Of a stretch of DNA of 64,000 nucleotides, positions 51,993-64,000 are shown one piece after another. Each line of letters opens with the position of its first letter. Within the stretch, counting starts at the first letter, position 1. A program made the translations under genes and the position numbers. A model generated the notes under the pieces. It saw only the letters and a program-made list of their open reading frames with translations. It ran no database searches and was not told the DNA's origin. Source of the stretch: an uncultured Spirochaetota bacterium (GTDB lineage Bacteria; Spirochaetota; Spirochaetia; SZUA-6; Fen-1364). The stretch covers positions 352,001-416,000 of the forward strand of contig CAWAHW010000002.1 of assembly GCA_963781885.1 (NCBI GenBank), given 5' to 3'.

Positions 51993-53083
51993 ATGCCGGG
52001 ACAGGAGCCTGAAAGCAAGCTTCACCTGATGACGCGCACGACGCCCACCGCCTTGTGGAACGACTCCTGCTCCCTGGCGGAGCTGCGGGCCTCCATTGAC
52101 GGCAATGGCGCGGTGGGCGCGACGTGCAATCCCTCCATCGTGCTCAACGTGGTGAAGAAGGAGATGCAGGCCAGCCGGGATTCCATCCGCAGGCTGATCC
52201 GGGAAATGCCGGCGGCCACCGAGCGCGAGATTGCCTGGCGGCTCGTGGAAGAAATGTCAGTCGCCGCCGCAGCGCTGCTCCAGCCGATCTTCGCGGCAGG
52301 ATCGGGCCGGGACGGCCGCCTGTCCATTCAGACCGACCCGGCGCTCTTCCGCGACCCGGCGGCGATCCTCGCGCAAACGCTCCACTTCCAGACTCTGGCT
52401 CCCAACATGATCGTGAAGATCCCGCGACGAACGCGGGTATCGCGGCCATGGAAGAGGCGACCTGCCGCGGCGTGAGCATCAACGCCACGGTGAGCTTCAC
52501 CTTGCCGCAGGCGATCGCCGTCGCGGAAGCCGTCGAGCGCGGGCTCACCCGCCGGCAGAAGCAAGGCCTGGACGTATCCCGCATGGGCCCGGTCTGCACG
52601 CTCATGGTAGGAAGGCTGGACGACTGGCTGAGGGTCGTCGCGGAACGGGACAATGTGATCGCCAATCCTGACGTCTTCGACTGGGCGGGCGTGGCAGTCT
52701 TCAAGAAGGCGTACGCCATCTATAGGGAGCGCGGCTACCGGCTGCGGCTTCTCTCCGCCGCCTTCCGCAACCACCGGCATTGGTCCGAGCTGATCGGGGG
52801 AGACCTGATCATCTCACCCCCTTATGAATGGCAGCTGCGCTACAATGCCTCAGACGTGGACGTGCGGCCGCGCATCGGCGAGCAGGTGGACGCAGCCGTC
52901 CTTCGGGAGCTTGAAGCGAAGTTCGAGGACTTTCACAAGGCGTGGGACGAGACGGGCATGCAGAAGGAACAATTCGATTCCTACGGGCCCACACTGCGAA
53001 CCCTGCGCCAGTTTTCCCAGGCGGTCGACAGTCTTGTTTCCATCGTCCGCGACCAGCTCATCCCGAACCCCGACGTGCGCTGA
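51993..53083 (+). CDS. Transaldolase-family protein; 1-nt frameshift near 52423
   Basis: LWNDS, TCNPSI, VKIP|ATNAG, INATVSF, VGRLDD, LSAAFR. Confidence 0.82.
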
Positions 53084-53120
53084 CCGGCCCGCTGCCGCAG
53101 CCGGTCACCTTTCATCCGCC

Positions 53121-53141
53121 GGCCGGGCGCAAGGCCCGGCC
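53121..53141. terminator. Hairpin between convergent genes
   Basis: GGCCGGGC-GCAAG-GCCCGGCC. Confidence 0.5.
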
Positions 53142-53152
53142 TGCTCAGGACC

Positions 53153-54037
53153 CTATTTCGACGGCGGAACGGGAGCCGGGGTCTGTTTCCAGGGCAGGAT
53201 GCCTGCCATTTCGCCGATCACATTCACGAGCTCCGTGTTGGAAGGAACGACGATCTTGGCGTTCGATGAAAGGGCAGCCTCGACCGCGATGAGCCTTCGG
53301 AGGAGCTGCGCGTTGCCGACGAAATACTTGTCCGCGGCCTCGTTGACGAGCTTGATGGCCTGCGCTTCGCCTTCCGCCTCCAGGATCTTGGCCTGACGGA
53401 TGCCTTCCGCCTTCTTGATCTCCGCACGGCGTGCACCGTCCGCCATTGTCTCGGTCGCCGTGGCGAAATCGATGGCCGCCACCTTTTCGTTTTCCGCCTT
53501 CACGACCTTGTTCATCGTCGCCTGGACGTCTTCCGGCGGATCGATCTCCTTCAGCTCGGTGCGCACGATATCGATGCCCCAGTGCCCGGTTTCGGCGCGC
53601 AGCGTCTTCTGCAGCTCGCTGTTGATCATGCCGCGCTCGCTGTTGGCCGTCTTCAGCGTCATCGTGCCGATGATATTGCGCAGCGTCGTGCGCGCAAGAT
53701 TGACGATCTGGTACTTGTAGTTGTTGACCGCGTACTGCGAGTTTTTAACATTCTCCTCGTCGCTTTTCACCTTGAAATAGACCTGGGCGTCGACGCTCGC
53801 GTTCAGCTTGTCGCTGGTGATGATCTCCTGCGGCTCGGCATTCACCATGACCTCTGTGATATTGATCTTGAACAGCCGATCGATGGCCGGGACAATCCAG
53901 TTGAAGCCGGGGTTGGCAAACCGGCGGTACTTGCCGAGTCTTTCCACGAGCCCGCGCGTTGTCGGGCGCACGACCCGCATGCCGGAAAAGAAAATCACCA
54001 GAACGACCACGATGCCCAGCGCAATGAGATAGTACAT
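53153..54037 (-). CDS. SPFH/band 7 (stomatin-like) protein
   Basis: N-terminal TM, VERLGKY, Q.IIT.D, TTLRNIIG, WGI…ELKEIDPP, AEG repeats. Confidence 0.92.
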   Translation of the reverse strand: MYYLIALGIVVVLVIFFSGMRVVRPTTRGLVERLGKYRRFANPGFNWIVPAIDRLFKINITEVMVNAEPQEIITSDKLNASVDAQVYFKVKSDEENVKNSQYAVNNYKYQIVNLARTTLRNIIGTMTLKTANSERGMINSELQKTLRAETGHWGIDIVRTELKEIDPPEDVQATMNKVVKAENEKVAAIDFATATETMADGARRAEIKKAEGIRQAKILEAEGEAQAIKLVNEAADKYFVGNAQLLRRLIAVEAALSSNAKIVVPSNTELVNVIGEMAGILPWKQTPAPVPPSK

Positions 54038-54245
54038 GGAATCCTCCTCGCCCTTGCAGAGAGGGCATATTCCCTTGAGCTAGAAACTGAATTGGGGGTT
54101 CACTTCCAGTTGTGGGGGAACGACAGACTTATATGTGTAAAGTAACAGATAAGAAGGCCGGCGTCAAATGCAAAACATCGTCTGCGCGCGGCCGCAAGAT
54201 CGCGAATCGAGCCATGTCCGAGACGGAGAAGGATGTGTATGATGG

Positions 54246-57200
54246 TTGGGTGAGCATAGCAAGGACGTTTCCGCTCTTTCTGCGCCCGCCTGCCCCCGAG
54301 AGGGGTCGCACACGCCCGTAGGACAAAAAGCGAACGCGACTCTCACCGCCTTCTTTGCGAAAAGCGACGAAGCTTTTGCAGCCCGCGCGAAACTGAACAG
54401 GCGGGGCTTCCGCCGGATTGCACTCCTCCACAAGTCCGCGAAAGGGGAGGTGCGCACGTGGGATCCCTTCCCCGTGCGTCGCGGTTTCGCGGCCCTGCTC
54501 TCCGCCCTGGCTCTCTGCGGCATTTCGATCGCAGCGTCGCTGCTCCTTGGATGGCCGCTCCTTCCGGCGATCCTGGGATGCGCCTGCGCGGGATTGCTTG
54601 TCGGCTGGCTGTCGTATCCGCGCTCACGCCGCGGCGTCACGCACCGCCTGTTGAGGGATCATGCGCGCTGGCTGGTGTCGGAGGAGACGGTGATCGTCCT
54701 CCAGGCGCCCGTCCAGATCCTGCACCTGGCCGTTTCCCTGCTGCGGGAAGGCGGTGACATCCCGCCGGCGGTTTTCATCCTCCATCCGGAGCGGCGCCCT
54801 GCGGGGGGCGACGTTGCGAGCCCGCTCGTGCAGCTCCTGCCCGAGCAGTTCCGGGAGCACGCCGAGCGGCTGGCCTTCGATCACCGCACGGAGCCCGGTG
54901 CACGGGTCGGCGCCGAGCTGCGTGCGCGTCTGCAGAACGCGCGCCGGGAAGTGCACGAGGTGTGCATCGATCTCACCCAGGCTGCCCGTCTGGAGCAGGG
55001 GACGCCGCCCACCGCGGAGTGGATACTCGACAACGAATATGTTCTCGAGAGCAACGCGCGGGACGTCCTGGTGAACCTGTCCGTGCAGTTCTGTCGGCAG
55101 CTCCCGAGCCTGAGCGCCGGGCGATCCGCCGGCCTGCCGCGGATCTACGACCTGGCCTGCGAGCTCGTCGCGGACCACGAGCTGCGCGTGGACCGGGACA
55201 ACATCCTCGCATTCACCGCCTCCTATCAATCGGCGAGCCCACTCACCACGGGGGAGCTCTGGGCCCTCCCCCAGATGCTGCGTCTCGCGCTGATCGCGAG
55301 CATTCGGGGTCTCGCCCTCCGCGCCTCCACCGAGCTGCGGGAGAGGGAAATCGCCGCATTCTGGGCAAACAGGCTCATCCGCGCCAACCGGCGCGGCGCC
55401 GACCAGCTCTTTGCCGCGCTCGCCGCGCTCGCGGTCGCTTTGCCCGCCCCGGGGCCCTATCTCGCGGGCGAGCTGGTGGACCACCTCTACGACGAGGAAG
55501 CGGTGCTCGTGCTCGTGCAGGCGTGGCTGGAGCGCGCATTCCACCAGTCCCTGCACGAAATCCACCAGCGGGACCAGAATCGTCAGGCAAAGGACCAGAT
55601 TTCCGTCGGCAATGCATTCACCAGCCTGCGGCAGCTCGCGCTGCTGGACTGGCGGCAAATCTTCGAGCGGCTGAGCCGTGTGGAGCAGCTTCTCCGCACG
55701 GACCCCGCGGGCACGTACCCCGACATGGATTTCGACACGCGCGATCGCTATCGAAAAGCGGTCGAAGAGCTGTCACGGCGATCGCACCGTTCAGAGATCG
55801 AGGTCACTCGGGAGCTGATCGAGCTCGCCGCGGCGCAAACGCCGGGCCCCGGTTTCGATGAGCGTCGGCGCCACGTCGGCACCTGGCTGATCGGGAAGGC
55901 AAGGCCCGAGCTGCTCGCGCGGCTGGGCTGCCGCGAAAGTCGGCGCGCGCGTCGCCTCCTGTGGGTCCGTCGCCACGCATCGGCGCTCTATCTTCCCGCG
56001 ATCGCGGTCTTGACCGTCGCTTCCACCCTGGGGATATCCCTCTCCGTCCTGGACGGACAGGTCCTTGCCGCGCAGCTCGTCATGACGGCGCTCCTGTTGC
56101 TTCCTGCGAGCCAGCTCGTCATCGAGCTCCTCAACTACCTCGTCACCCGTTTCATCCCGCCCCGGAGCCTGCCGAAGATGGATTTCAAGACCACCGGCGT
56201 CCCGGACATGTTTCGCACGCTCGTCGTCGTGCCCCTGCTTCTCGGCGACGAAGAATCCATTCGCGCCGAGGTGGAAAAGCTGGAGGTTCGCTTTCTTGCC
56301 AACATGGAGCGCAATCTGCTCTTCAGCCTGTTCACCGATTTCCGCGACTCCGACGTCGTGCGGCGCGACGACGATGCGCGCCTGCTCCAGACGGTGGTGG
56401 ACGGCCTGGAGGCGCTGAACGGCCGTCATGGCGGCGGGCGCTTTCTGCTCTTTCACCGCGCGCGTGTCTGGAGCGACACCGAGCGGAAGTTCATCGGCTG
56501 GGAACGCAAGCGGGGAAAGCTCGAGGAGCTGAACGGGCTGATCGCCGGCTCCCGCCCGGAAGAATCCGCCCGTCTCGTGCACGTGGGCGATCCGGCGAGC
56601 CTCCGTGACGTGCGATTCGTGATCACCCTCGACAGCGACACGCAGCTGCCCCCGGGCGCCGCGCGTCGTCTGATTGAAACCCTGGCCCATCCCCTGAACA
56701 GCCCTCGTTTCGATCCGGCGGGAAGGGTCGAGGCCGGCACCTTCACGATCATCCAGCCTCGCGTGAGCCCATCACTGCCCAGCGCGAGCGCCTCTCCCTT
56801 CAGCCGGCTTTTCGCCGATGCCGTGGGCATCGACCCCTACACGCACGCGGTTTCCGACGTCCACCAGGACCTCACGGGAGAGGGCTCCTATTACGGCAAA
56901 GGCATCTATGACGTGCGCGCCTTCGACCGTGTGCTGACGGGACGATTCCCCGATGAGCGCCTCTTGAGCCATGACCTGATCGAGGGCGCTCATGTCCGCG
57001 TGGGGCTGGCCAGCGACATCGAGCTCTATGACGAGTTCCCCCAGGGGTACGCCGGGTATGCAGGCCGGCAGCACCGCTGGATACGCGGCGACTGGCAGAT
57101 CGCGCGATGGGTGACGGGCCGGATTCCGCGGCGGGACGGCGGCAGCGAGCGAAATCCCCTTTCTGTTTTCGACCGCTGGAAGCTCCTGGACAATCTGCGC

Positions 57201-60200
57201 CGCAGCCTCGTCCCCGCGGCAAGCGTGGTGGCGCTCGCCGCCTGCTGGTTCGTCGCGCCACGGGCGGGCTGGATCGCGACGGCGATCGTCGCCGGGCAGC
57301 TCCTCTTCCGGCCCCTGGCGCAGCCCTTCACCATGATGACCTCCTGCAAGGGCCTGAAGGGTTTCTCATTTTCCCGCATCGCCCACGATGTCGCGCGCGC
57401 CCTCGCGGATGCCGCCCTTCTTCCCCACCAGGCCGCGCTCGCCGTGGATGCCATCGTCCGCACGGCATATCGCAGCCTCATTTCCCACAGGAGGATGCTG
57501 CAGTGGAGCTCCGCGCAGGCGCTGCCCGGCGTTGGCACGCGGGGAGCGACCGTGCTGCTGGTCCCCCTGTGCGTCATCAGCTTCGCGAGCGTCGCGGCCG
57601 CGCTCCTGCTGGCGCGCGGAAATCCCATCGGCTTCGCGAACGCCGCTCCGTGGCTGGCCGCGTGGTTTCTTTCACCCGTCGCGGCAGGGCTGCTGAATCT
57701 GAGGCCGCATGCGCAGGAGAAGCCTCTCCCAATACCGCCGGCGGATGCGCGCTTCATGCGGGAGATCGCACGACGGACGTGGCGGTATTTCGACGATTTT
57801 GTCGGTGCCGACTCCTCCTGGCTCCCGCCGGACAACTACCAGGCGTTTCCACGGAACGAGCTCGCGCTGCGGACGAGTCCCACCAATATCGGGTTCTGGA
57901 TGGTGAGCCTGCTCGCCGCGCGCGATTTCGGCTACCAGACCCTCGACCAGGTCGTCGAAAGGCTCACAAGGACGTTGGAGACGATCCAGGGTCTGGAGCG
58001 TTTCGAAGGACACCTGCTGAACTGGTACGATCTGCGGACGCGCGCCCCGTTGGAGCCCCGCTACGTTTCCACCGTGGACAGCGGAAATCTCCTGGGAAGC
58101 CTGGTGGCGCTCACGCACGGCCTGGAGGAGCTCATCCGGGAGCCGGTGCTCGACGGCAGCGTCTTTTCCGGTCTCCGCGACACGGGCAGGATCCTTCGAC
58201 GCATTCTCGGTCGTGACAGATCGCCGAGCTCTTCGTCGCGCGCTCTCGCCAGTCTCCTGGGCGCGTGGGGAAGCGCGCCGGACCGCTTCGCCCACGCGCT
58301 CCGTCTTCTGCGGCGCGGCGACAAGGCGATGGCGTCTCTCACCGGTGAGGGCGACGAGCGGACGTATTGGGCGGCGCAGCTGGCGGCGCAGACGGCGGCC
58401 GCGCGGCAGATCGCGGACCGCTACCTTGCCTGGATCGAGATACTCGCGGAGAAGTCCGAGGTGGAGCTTTCGGTGCTGGGGCGCGAGGTGGTCGACGCGG
58501 TAAGGGTCGACACACGCCGGGCGCCATCGCTCGTCGCGCTCGCCGGGGGAGACGTCGGCAGCATGCGCCTTCTGCAGAAGATCGCGGACGCGGCGCCCGA
58601 CGGCCCGCTCTCCGCGTGGCGCGACCGTGTGCTGCAGGCCTTCTCCACCTCGCGCTGGCTCGCCGGCGAAATCCTGGCCCAGGCGCACGGCCTGATGGAT
58701 GCATGTCGGACCCTCGCGGAACAGATCGACATGCGCTTCCTCTACGACGCGGATCGCCGGCTCTTCTCCATCGGCCACAATGTCTCCGAGGGCCGGCGGG
58801 ACGGGGCGTACTACGACCTGCTTGCCAGCGAATCGCGGCTGGGCAGCTTCGTGGCCATTGCGCGGGGCGACGTTCCCTTCGAGCACTGGTTTTCCCTGAG
58901 CCGGCCCTATTCCGCCGTGGGCCGCCATCGCGTGCTCCTGAGCTGGACGGGCACGATGTTCGAATACTTCATGCCGCTGATCTTCCAGCGCTCCCTGCCG
59001 CACACGCTGCTGGACGAGGCGTCGCGCGGCGCCCTTGCCGTGCAGATCGCATACGGCCGCCAGCATCACGTGCCGTGGGGCATCTCGGAATCCGCCTTCT
59101 CCGATCTCGACCTCAACCGCATCTATCAATACAGGGCCTTCGGCGTTCCCGCGTTGGGGCTGAAGCGCGAGATCGAGGAGAAGGTCGTCGTGTCCCCCTA
59201 TGCCACGATGCTGGCGGCCGTCATTGCACCGCGGGAGGCGCTTCGCAACCTGCGACACCTGGCCGCGCTGGGCCTCCTCGCGGGCCACGGCTATTACGAG
59301 GCCATCGATTTCAGCCGGCAGCACGGGCGCATCGGCGAGCGCGGCGTGATCGTGCAGGCCTTCATGGCGCATCACCAGGGCATGGGTTTTCTTTCCCTGG
59401 CAAATCTCCTCCTCGACGGGGCGATCAGACGACGGTTCCATGCCGACGGACGCGTCCGGGCCGCCGAGCCGCTGCTGCACGAACGGGTCCCCGGCCTGCC
59501 GTCCGTGCAGCACATCTCGACCCGGGAGCGCGCGCCGAGCGCCGACAGTATCGGGGAGGCGCCGCCCTCCACGAGCACGTTCGACACGGCGCATACCCGC
59601 ACGCCGAAGACGCAGCTCCTCAGCAATGGCCGCTACAGCGTCATGCTCACCAACGCGGGAGGCGGCTACAGTCAGTGGGGCGCGGATGAGATCACGCGGT
59701 TCCGCTCCGACGGGACGCGTGACCCGTGGGGAACGTTCCTCTATCTTGCCGAGCCGGAAACGGGCGTGATCTGGTCCGCCGCCTTCCAGCCCTGCGGCGC
59801 ACCCGCCGAGCCGTACTCCGTCTCCTTTGCGCTGGATCGCGCGGCGTTCCGACGCGTCGACAATGGGATCCAGACGGCGACCGAGATCGTCGTCTCACCC
59901 GAAGACGACGTGGAGATCCGCCGCATCACTCTTTCCAACCGATCCCTCCGTACACGGCGCATCGAATGCAGCAGCTATGTGGAGTTGTCGATGGCCCCGC
60001 ACGCCGCCGACATGCAGCACCCGGCCTTCAACAAGATGTTCATCCAGACGGAGTCCCTCCCCGCCGTCCACGCGCTCCTGGCCAGTCGGCGTCCGCGGGG
60101 GGAAGGGGCGCCGCGGCTGTACGTGGCCCACCGTGTCACCCTGGAGACCGGCGTCGAGGAGCCCCTTCGCTTCGAGACCGACAGGCGCGTGTTCATCGGC

Positions 60201-63200
60201 AGGGGACGTACCCTTGCCAACCCCCGGGGAAGCGCGGAGGAGCCGCACAACAGCGAGGGCTATGTCCTGGATCCGATCCTGAGTCTGCGCACGACATTCC
60301 GCCTTTCTCCCGGGCAGCGTGCCGTCTTCTCTCTGGTGATCGCGGCCGGCTCCAGTCGCGATCATGTCGTGAATCTCATGAGCAAATACGCCGACGCGCA
60401 TGCCCTCAATCGCGCCATGGATTTCGCATGGGCGGCCGCGCAGCTCGAGCTCCGCGTCCTGCGCATCCAGCCCGACGATGCGCGTCGATTCCAGCAGCTT
60501 GCCAGCGCCCTGATCTACCCCAACCGGCTGTTGCGGTCCGCCGGGGAGAGGATCGCGGAGAACGTCAAAGGCCAGGCCGGTCTCTGGCCCTATGGGATCT
60601 CGGGCGATCTGCCCATCGCCCTGGTGACGATCGGCGAGATGCGGGACGTCGGCCTGATCGGCCAGATGCTGCAGGCCCATACCTATTGGCGCATGCACGG
60701 GCTCGCCGTGGACCTCGTGATCCTCGCGGAGGAGTCCAGCAGCTACGAGCGGCCCGTGCACGAGAGGCTGGAGGCCCTGATCCAGGCGCACGCGACGCAG
60801 ACGGGCAGGGACAAGCCGGGCGGGGTGTACCTGCGCAGCGCCGACCAGATGCCGGAAGGGGACTTGACCCTCCTGCATGCCGCGGCGAGCGTCGTGCTCG
60901 TCGGCGCGCGCGGTCCGCTGTCCCAGCAGGTGGGCATTCCCGGCGAGTCACCCGATCCCGCTTCGCGACCCGCGTGGAAAAGGGCGCCGGAGGACAGGTC
61001 ACGACCGCTTCCCTTCCTCGAGCTTCCCTACTTCAACGGTCTGGGCGGCTTCACCCCGGACGGCCGTGAATACGCGATCTATCTTGCTGCCCGGAACCCA
61101 CACCCCCGCCCCCTGGGTGAATGTGCTGGCCAATCCGGGCTTCGGGACGCTCGTGAGCGAAACAGGCGCCGGCTTCACCTGGAACGGGAACAGCCAGAGA
61201 AACCGTCTCAGCGTCTGGTCGAACGATCCCGTCACCGACCCCGCCTCCGAGGCGTTGTATATCCGGGACGAGGAAACGGGCGCCTGCTGGACTCCCACGG
61301 CGGCACCCATTCGCGAGGAGGCGGCGTACCGGGCGCGGCACGGGGCCGGTTATTCGGTATTCGAGCACAACAGCAATGGCATCGAGCAGGAGCTCACGGT
61401 GTTCGTGCCCATGGATGGCAAGGGCGGTTTGCCGGTCAAGGTGCAGAGGCTGCGGCTGAAGAACGACTCGGAGAGAACCCGAACCCTGTCGCTGACGTTC
61501 TACGTGGAATGGGTGCTCGGCGAAAATCGCGAAAGCGCCCAGATGCACGTTGTGACCGGTTGGGACGGCGACTTCCATGCCCTCATTGCCCGAAACAGGT
61601 TCCACCCCGAGCTCGGGGACCGTGTCGCTTTCACGGCTCTGAGCGTTCCCGTGGAATCCTGGTGCGGGGACCGCACGTCGTTCCTCGGCCGCAATGGCGG
61701 CCTGGAGTCAGCCGCGGCCCTGCGCGAGCTTTCTCTTTCCGGGCGCACGGGCGCGGGATTCGATCCCTGCGGCGCTCTGCGCACGACGCTCACGCTCGCG
61801 CCCGGCGAGACGACGGAGGTGGCGGTATTTCTTGGTGAGGCGGAATCCCGGGAAGCCGTCCATGCCCTGCTGTCAACGCTCCGCTCTGCCGGCAAAGTCG
61901 ATGCGGCGCTCGACGACACCCGCGCATGGTGGAACGATCTCCTGGGCGCGGTCGACGTGCACACCCCCGAGCTGGCCGCGGACTTCCTGATCAACCGATG
62001 GCTCCTGTACCAGTGCGTGAGCTGCCGGATCTGGGGACGTTCCGCTTTCTACCAGTCCGGCGGCGCGTTCGGATTCCGCGACCAGCTGCAGGACGTCATG
62101 GCTCTCCTGCATGCCGCGCCCGGCCTCGCGCGCGACCACATCATCCTCGCGGCAAGCCGTCAGTTCCGTGAAGGCGATGTCCAGCACTGGTGGCATCCTC
62201 CGAGCGGCGCGGGGATACGATCGCGCATCAGCGACGATCTCCTCTGGCTGCCATTCGTCGTGGCCCACTACCTGCGGGTCACGGGTGATGCCGGGATTCT
62301 GGACGAAATGATCCCCTTCCTGGACGGTCCGCTTCTGCGAGAGGACCAGCATGAGGCCTTTTTCACGCCGACGACCTCACCCGAGACTGCAACCCTTTTC
62401 GAGCACTGTCGGCGGGCCGTTGCGCGCGGGCTCACGGAGGGGCCGCACGGGCTGCCGCTCATCGGCACGGGGGACTGGAATGACGGGCTGAATCTCGTCG
62501 GGGTCGGCGGCAAAGGGGAGAGCTCCTGGCTGGGCTGGTTCCTCGTGGATGTTCTTTCGGGCATGTCGGAAATGGCCATCGCGCGGGAACAGCCCGGCCT
62601 GAGCGCCGACTACCTGCAGAAGCGCGACGCGCTTGCGGCGCGCGTCGAAAGGGCGGCGTGGGACGGAGAGTGGTACATCCGCGCGATATTCGATGACGGT
62701 ACCCTGCTGGGCGCGGCGGTGAATGCCGAGGCGCGCATCGACTCCCTGCCGCAGGCCTGGGCACAGCTCTGCGGCGGCGCCGACGGCGATCGAACGCGCC
62801 GGGCGCTGGAATCGGCCTGGACACAGCTCGTTCGGGAGGAGGAGGGACTGGCGCTCCTTTTCACCCCCCCCTTCGACAAGGCCGTGCCGTCGCCCGGCTA
62901 CATCCAGGGCTACCCGCCGGGGGTCCGTGAGAACGGGGGGCAGTATACCCACGCCGCCCTGTGGCTCGCGATGGCTTTTGCCCGCCAGGGGAATGGAACC
63001 CGCGCCGCACAGCTCTTGCGCTTGCTCAACCCGATCGAGCAGGCGCGCAATCCGCAAGCTGTCGGGCGGTACGCTGTGGAGCCCTACGTTCTTGCGGCGG
63101 ACGTCTACAGCCTGCCGGGCCGGATCGGAATGGGCGGATGGTCGTGGTACACCGGCTCTGCCTCGTGGATGTACCGTGTCTGGGTCGAGGAGGTGCTCGG

Positions 63201-63498
63201 CCTGAAAGTGCGCGGGAACAGTCTGCGGCTCGATCCGGTCATCCCGGGCTGGTGGAGCGGGTTCCGCGTGCAGTATCGCCACGGCAAGGCTCTCTACGCC
63301 ATCCGAGTCGACAACCCCGACGGGTGCGAGCGCGGCGTGTCCTGGATCGTCATGGACGGTCGACGCCTTGAAGAGCGCATCATCCCTCTGGCCTCTGATC
63401 CGATCACGCATGATATCATCGTGTGCATGGGTGCGCCGTCACAAGACCCGGTGCCTGCGGCCGCCGGTGACCAACGCGTGAAGGAGCCTGCCACGTGA
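54246..63498 (+). CDS. ndvB: Cyclic beta-1,2-glucan synthase/phosphorylase (Cgs/NdvB-like), ~3,080 aa; 1-nt frameshift near 61090; start uncertain
   Basis: GT84 motifs WERKRGKL, ITLDSDT, SHDLIEG, RQHRWIRGDWQ; middle domain PPDN, TSPTNIG, GTMFEY, WGISES; GH94 motifs RDQLQD, GDWNDG, ENGGQYTH (ORF 60877..63498). Confidence 0.88.
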
Positions 63499-63917
63499 TC
63501 GCGCACGTGGCGTTCCTGGTCAGAGACTACGACGAGGCGATTGCCTTTTTCACGGAGAAGCTCGGCTTCACGCTCCGGGAGGACACCGCGCGGGGGCCGG
63601 GCAGGCGCTGGGTCGTCGTTGCGCCGCCGGCATCTCCTGCCGCGCGGGCGGGCGGAGATGGGGCGACACTCCTGCTCGCGCGGGCGGCGAACGACGAGCA
63701 GGCGCGTATGGTCGGCAACCAGGCCGCGGGCCGCGTTTTTCTTTTCCTGCACACGGACGACTTTCAGCGCGACTACGAAGCGATGCGGACGCGCGGCGTC
63801 GAGTTCCTCGAAACGCCGCGAATGGAACCGTACGGGCATGTCGCCGTCTTTCGCGACCTCTATGGCAACAAGTGGGACCTGCTCGGTCCGTCAATCCAAA
63901 GGGGGGCGACGTCATGA
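63495..63917 (+). CDS. VOC/glyoxalase-family protein
   Basis: IAHVAFLVRDYDEAIAFF, PYG.VAVFRDLYGNKWDL. Confidence 0.9.
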   Translation: MIAHVAFLVRDYDEAIAFFTEKLGFTLREDTARGPGRRWVVVAPPASPAARAGGDGATLLLARAANDEQARMVGNQAAGRVFLFLHTDDFQRDYEAMRTRGVEFLETPRMEPYGHVAVFRDLYGNKWDLLGPSIQRGATS

Positions 63918-64000
63918 AAAGCTCATTGATTGTCCGCGCGATTTTCGTGGGTCTCATCGGGCTCGTGATCGGTGTGGTCTTCACGGCCGTGCTGAATCTC
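63914..64000 (+). CDS. Membrane/exported protein, 3' truncated
   Basis: MKSSLIVRAIFVGLIGLVIGVVFTAVLNL…; ATGA overlap with the VOC gene. Confidence 0.55.
   Translation, partial: MKSSLIVRAIFVGLIGLVIGVVFTAVLNL

Overview
High-GC (~65-68% by eye) bacterial chromosomal segment. The solute-binding-protein signal peptides (…FATGTAE, …FATGQGE, …FAQQ) and the gene content suggest a free-living Spirochaetia-like organism (inference). No rRNA, tRNA, CRISPR array, prophage or transposase was seen. In order: (1) copA-csoR-YHS copper operon; (2) sigma54-driven sugar ABC operon carrying its own sensor kinase and NtrC-type activator plus an uncharacterised (alpha/alpha)-barrel enzyme; (3) a LacI-sensor/histidine-kinase fusion with a LuxR regulator, then an oligosaccharide ABC importer; (4) ECF sigma, nitroreductase, TetR and a MacB/FtsX ABC with two unannotated small membrane ORFs; (5) pdxR-pdxS-pdxT; (6) a ~23 kb cyclitol island; (7) an SPFH protein and a ~3,080-aa cyclic beta-1,2-glucan synthase. 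The cyclitol island joins a DegT aminotransferase, Zn-dehydrogenase, LacI, ABC importer and class-III aminotransferase to a Thermotoga-type inositol pathway (iolM, iolN, iolG, iolO) and an atypical transaldolase. It is the best candidate for an undescribed system: a putative aminocyclitol (inosamine/streptamine-type) catabolic route. Eight genes carry single-base frameshifts that look like assembly-consensus artefacts. All family calls are by motif recognition; no database search was run.
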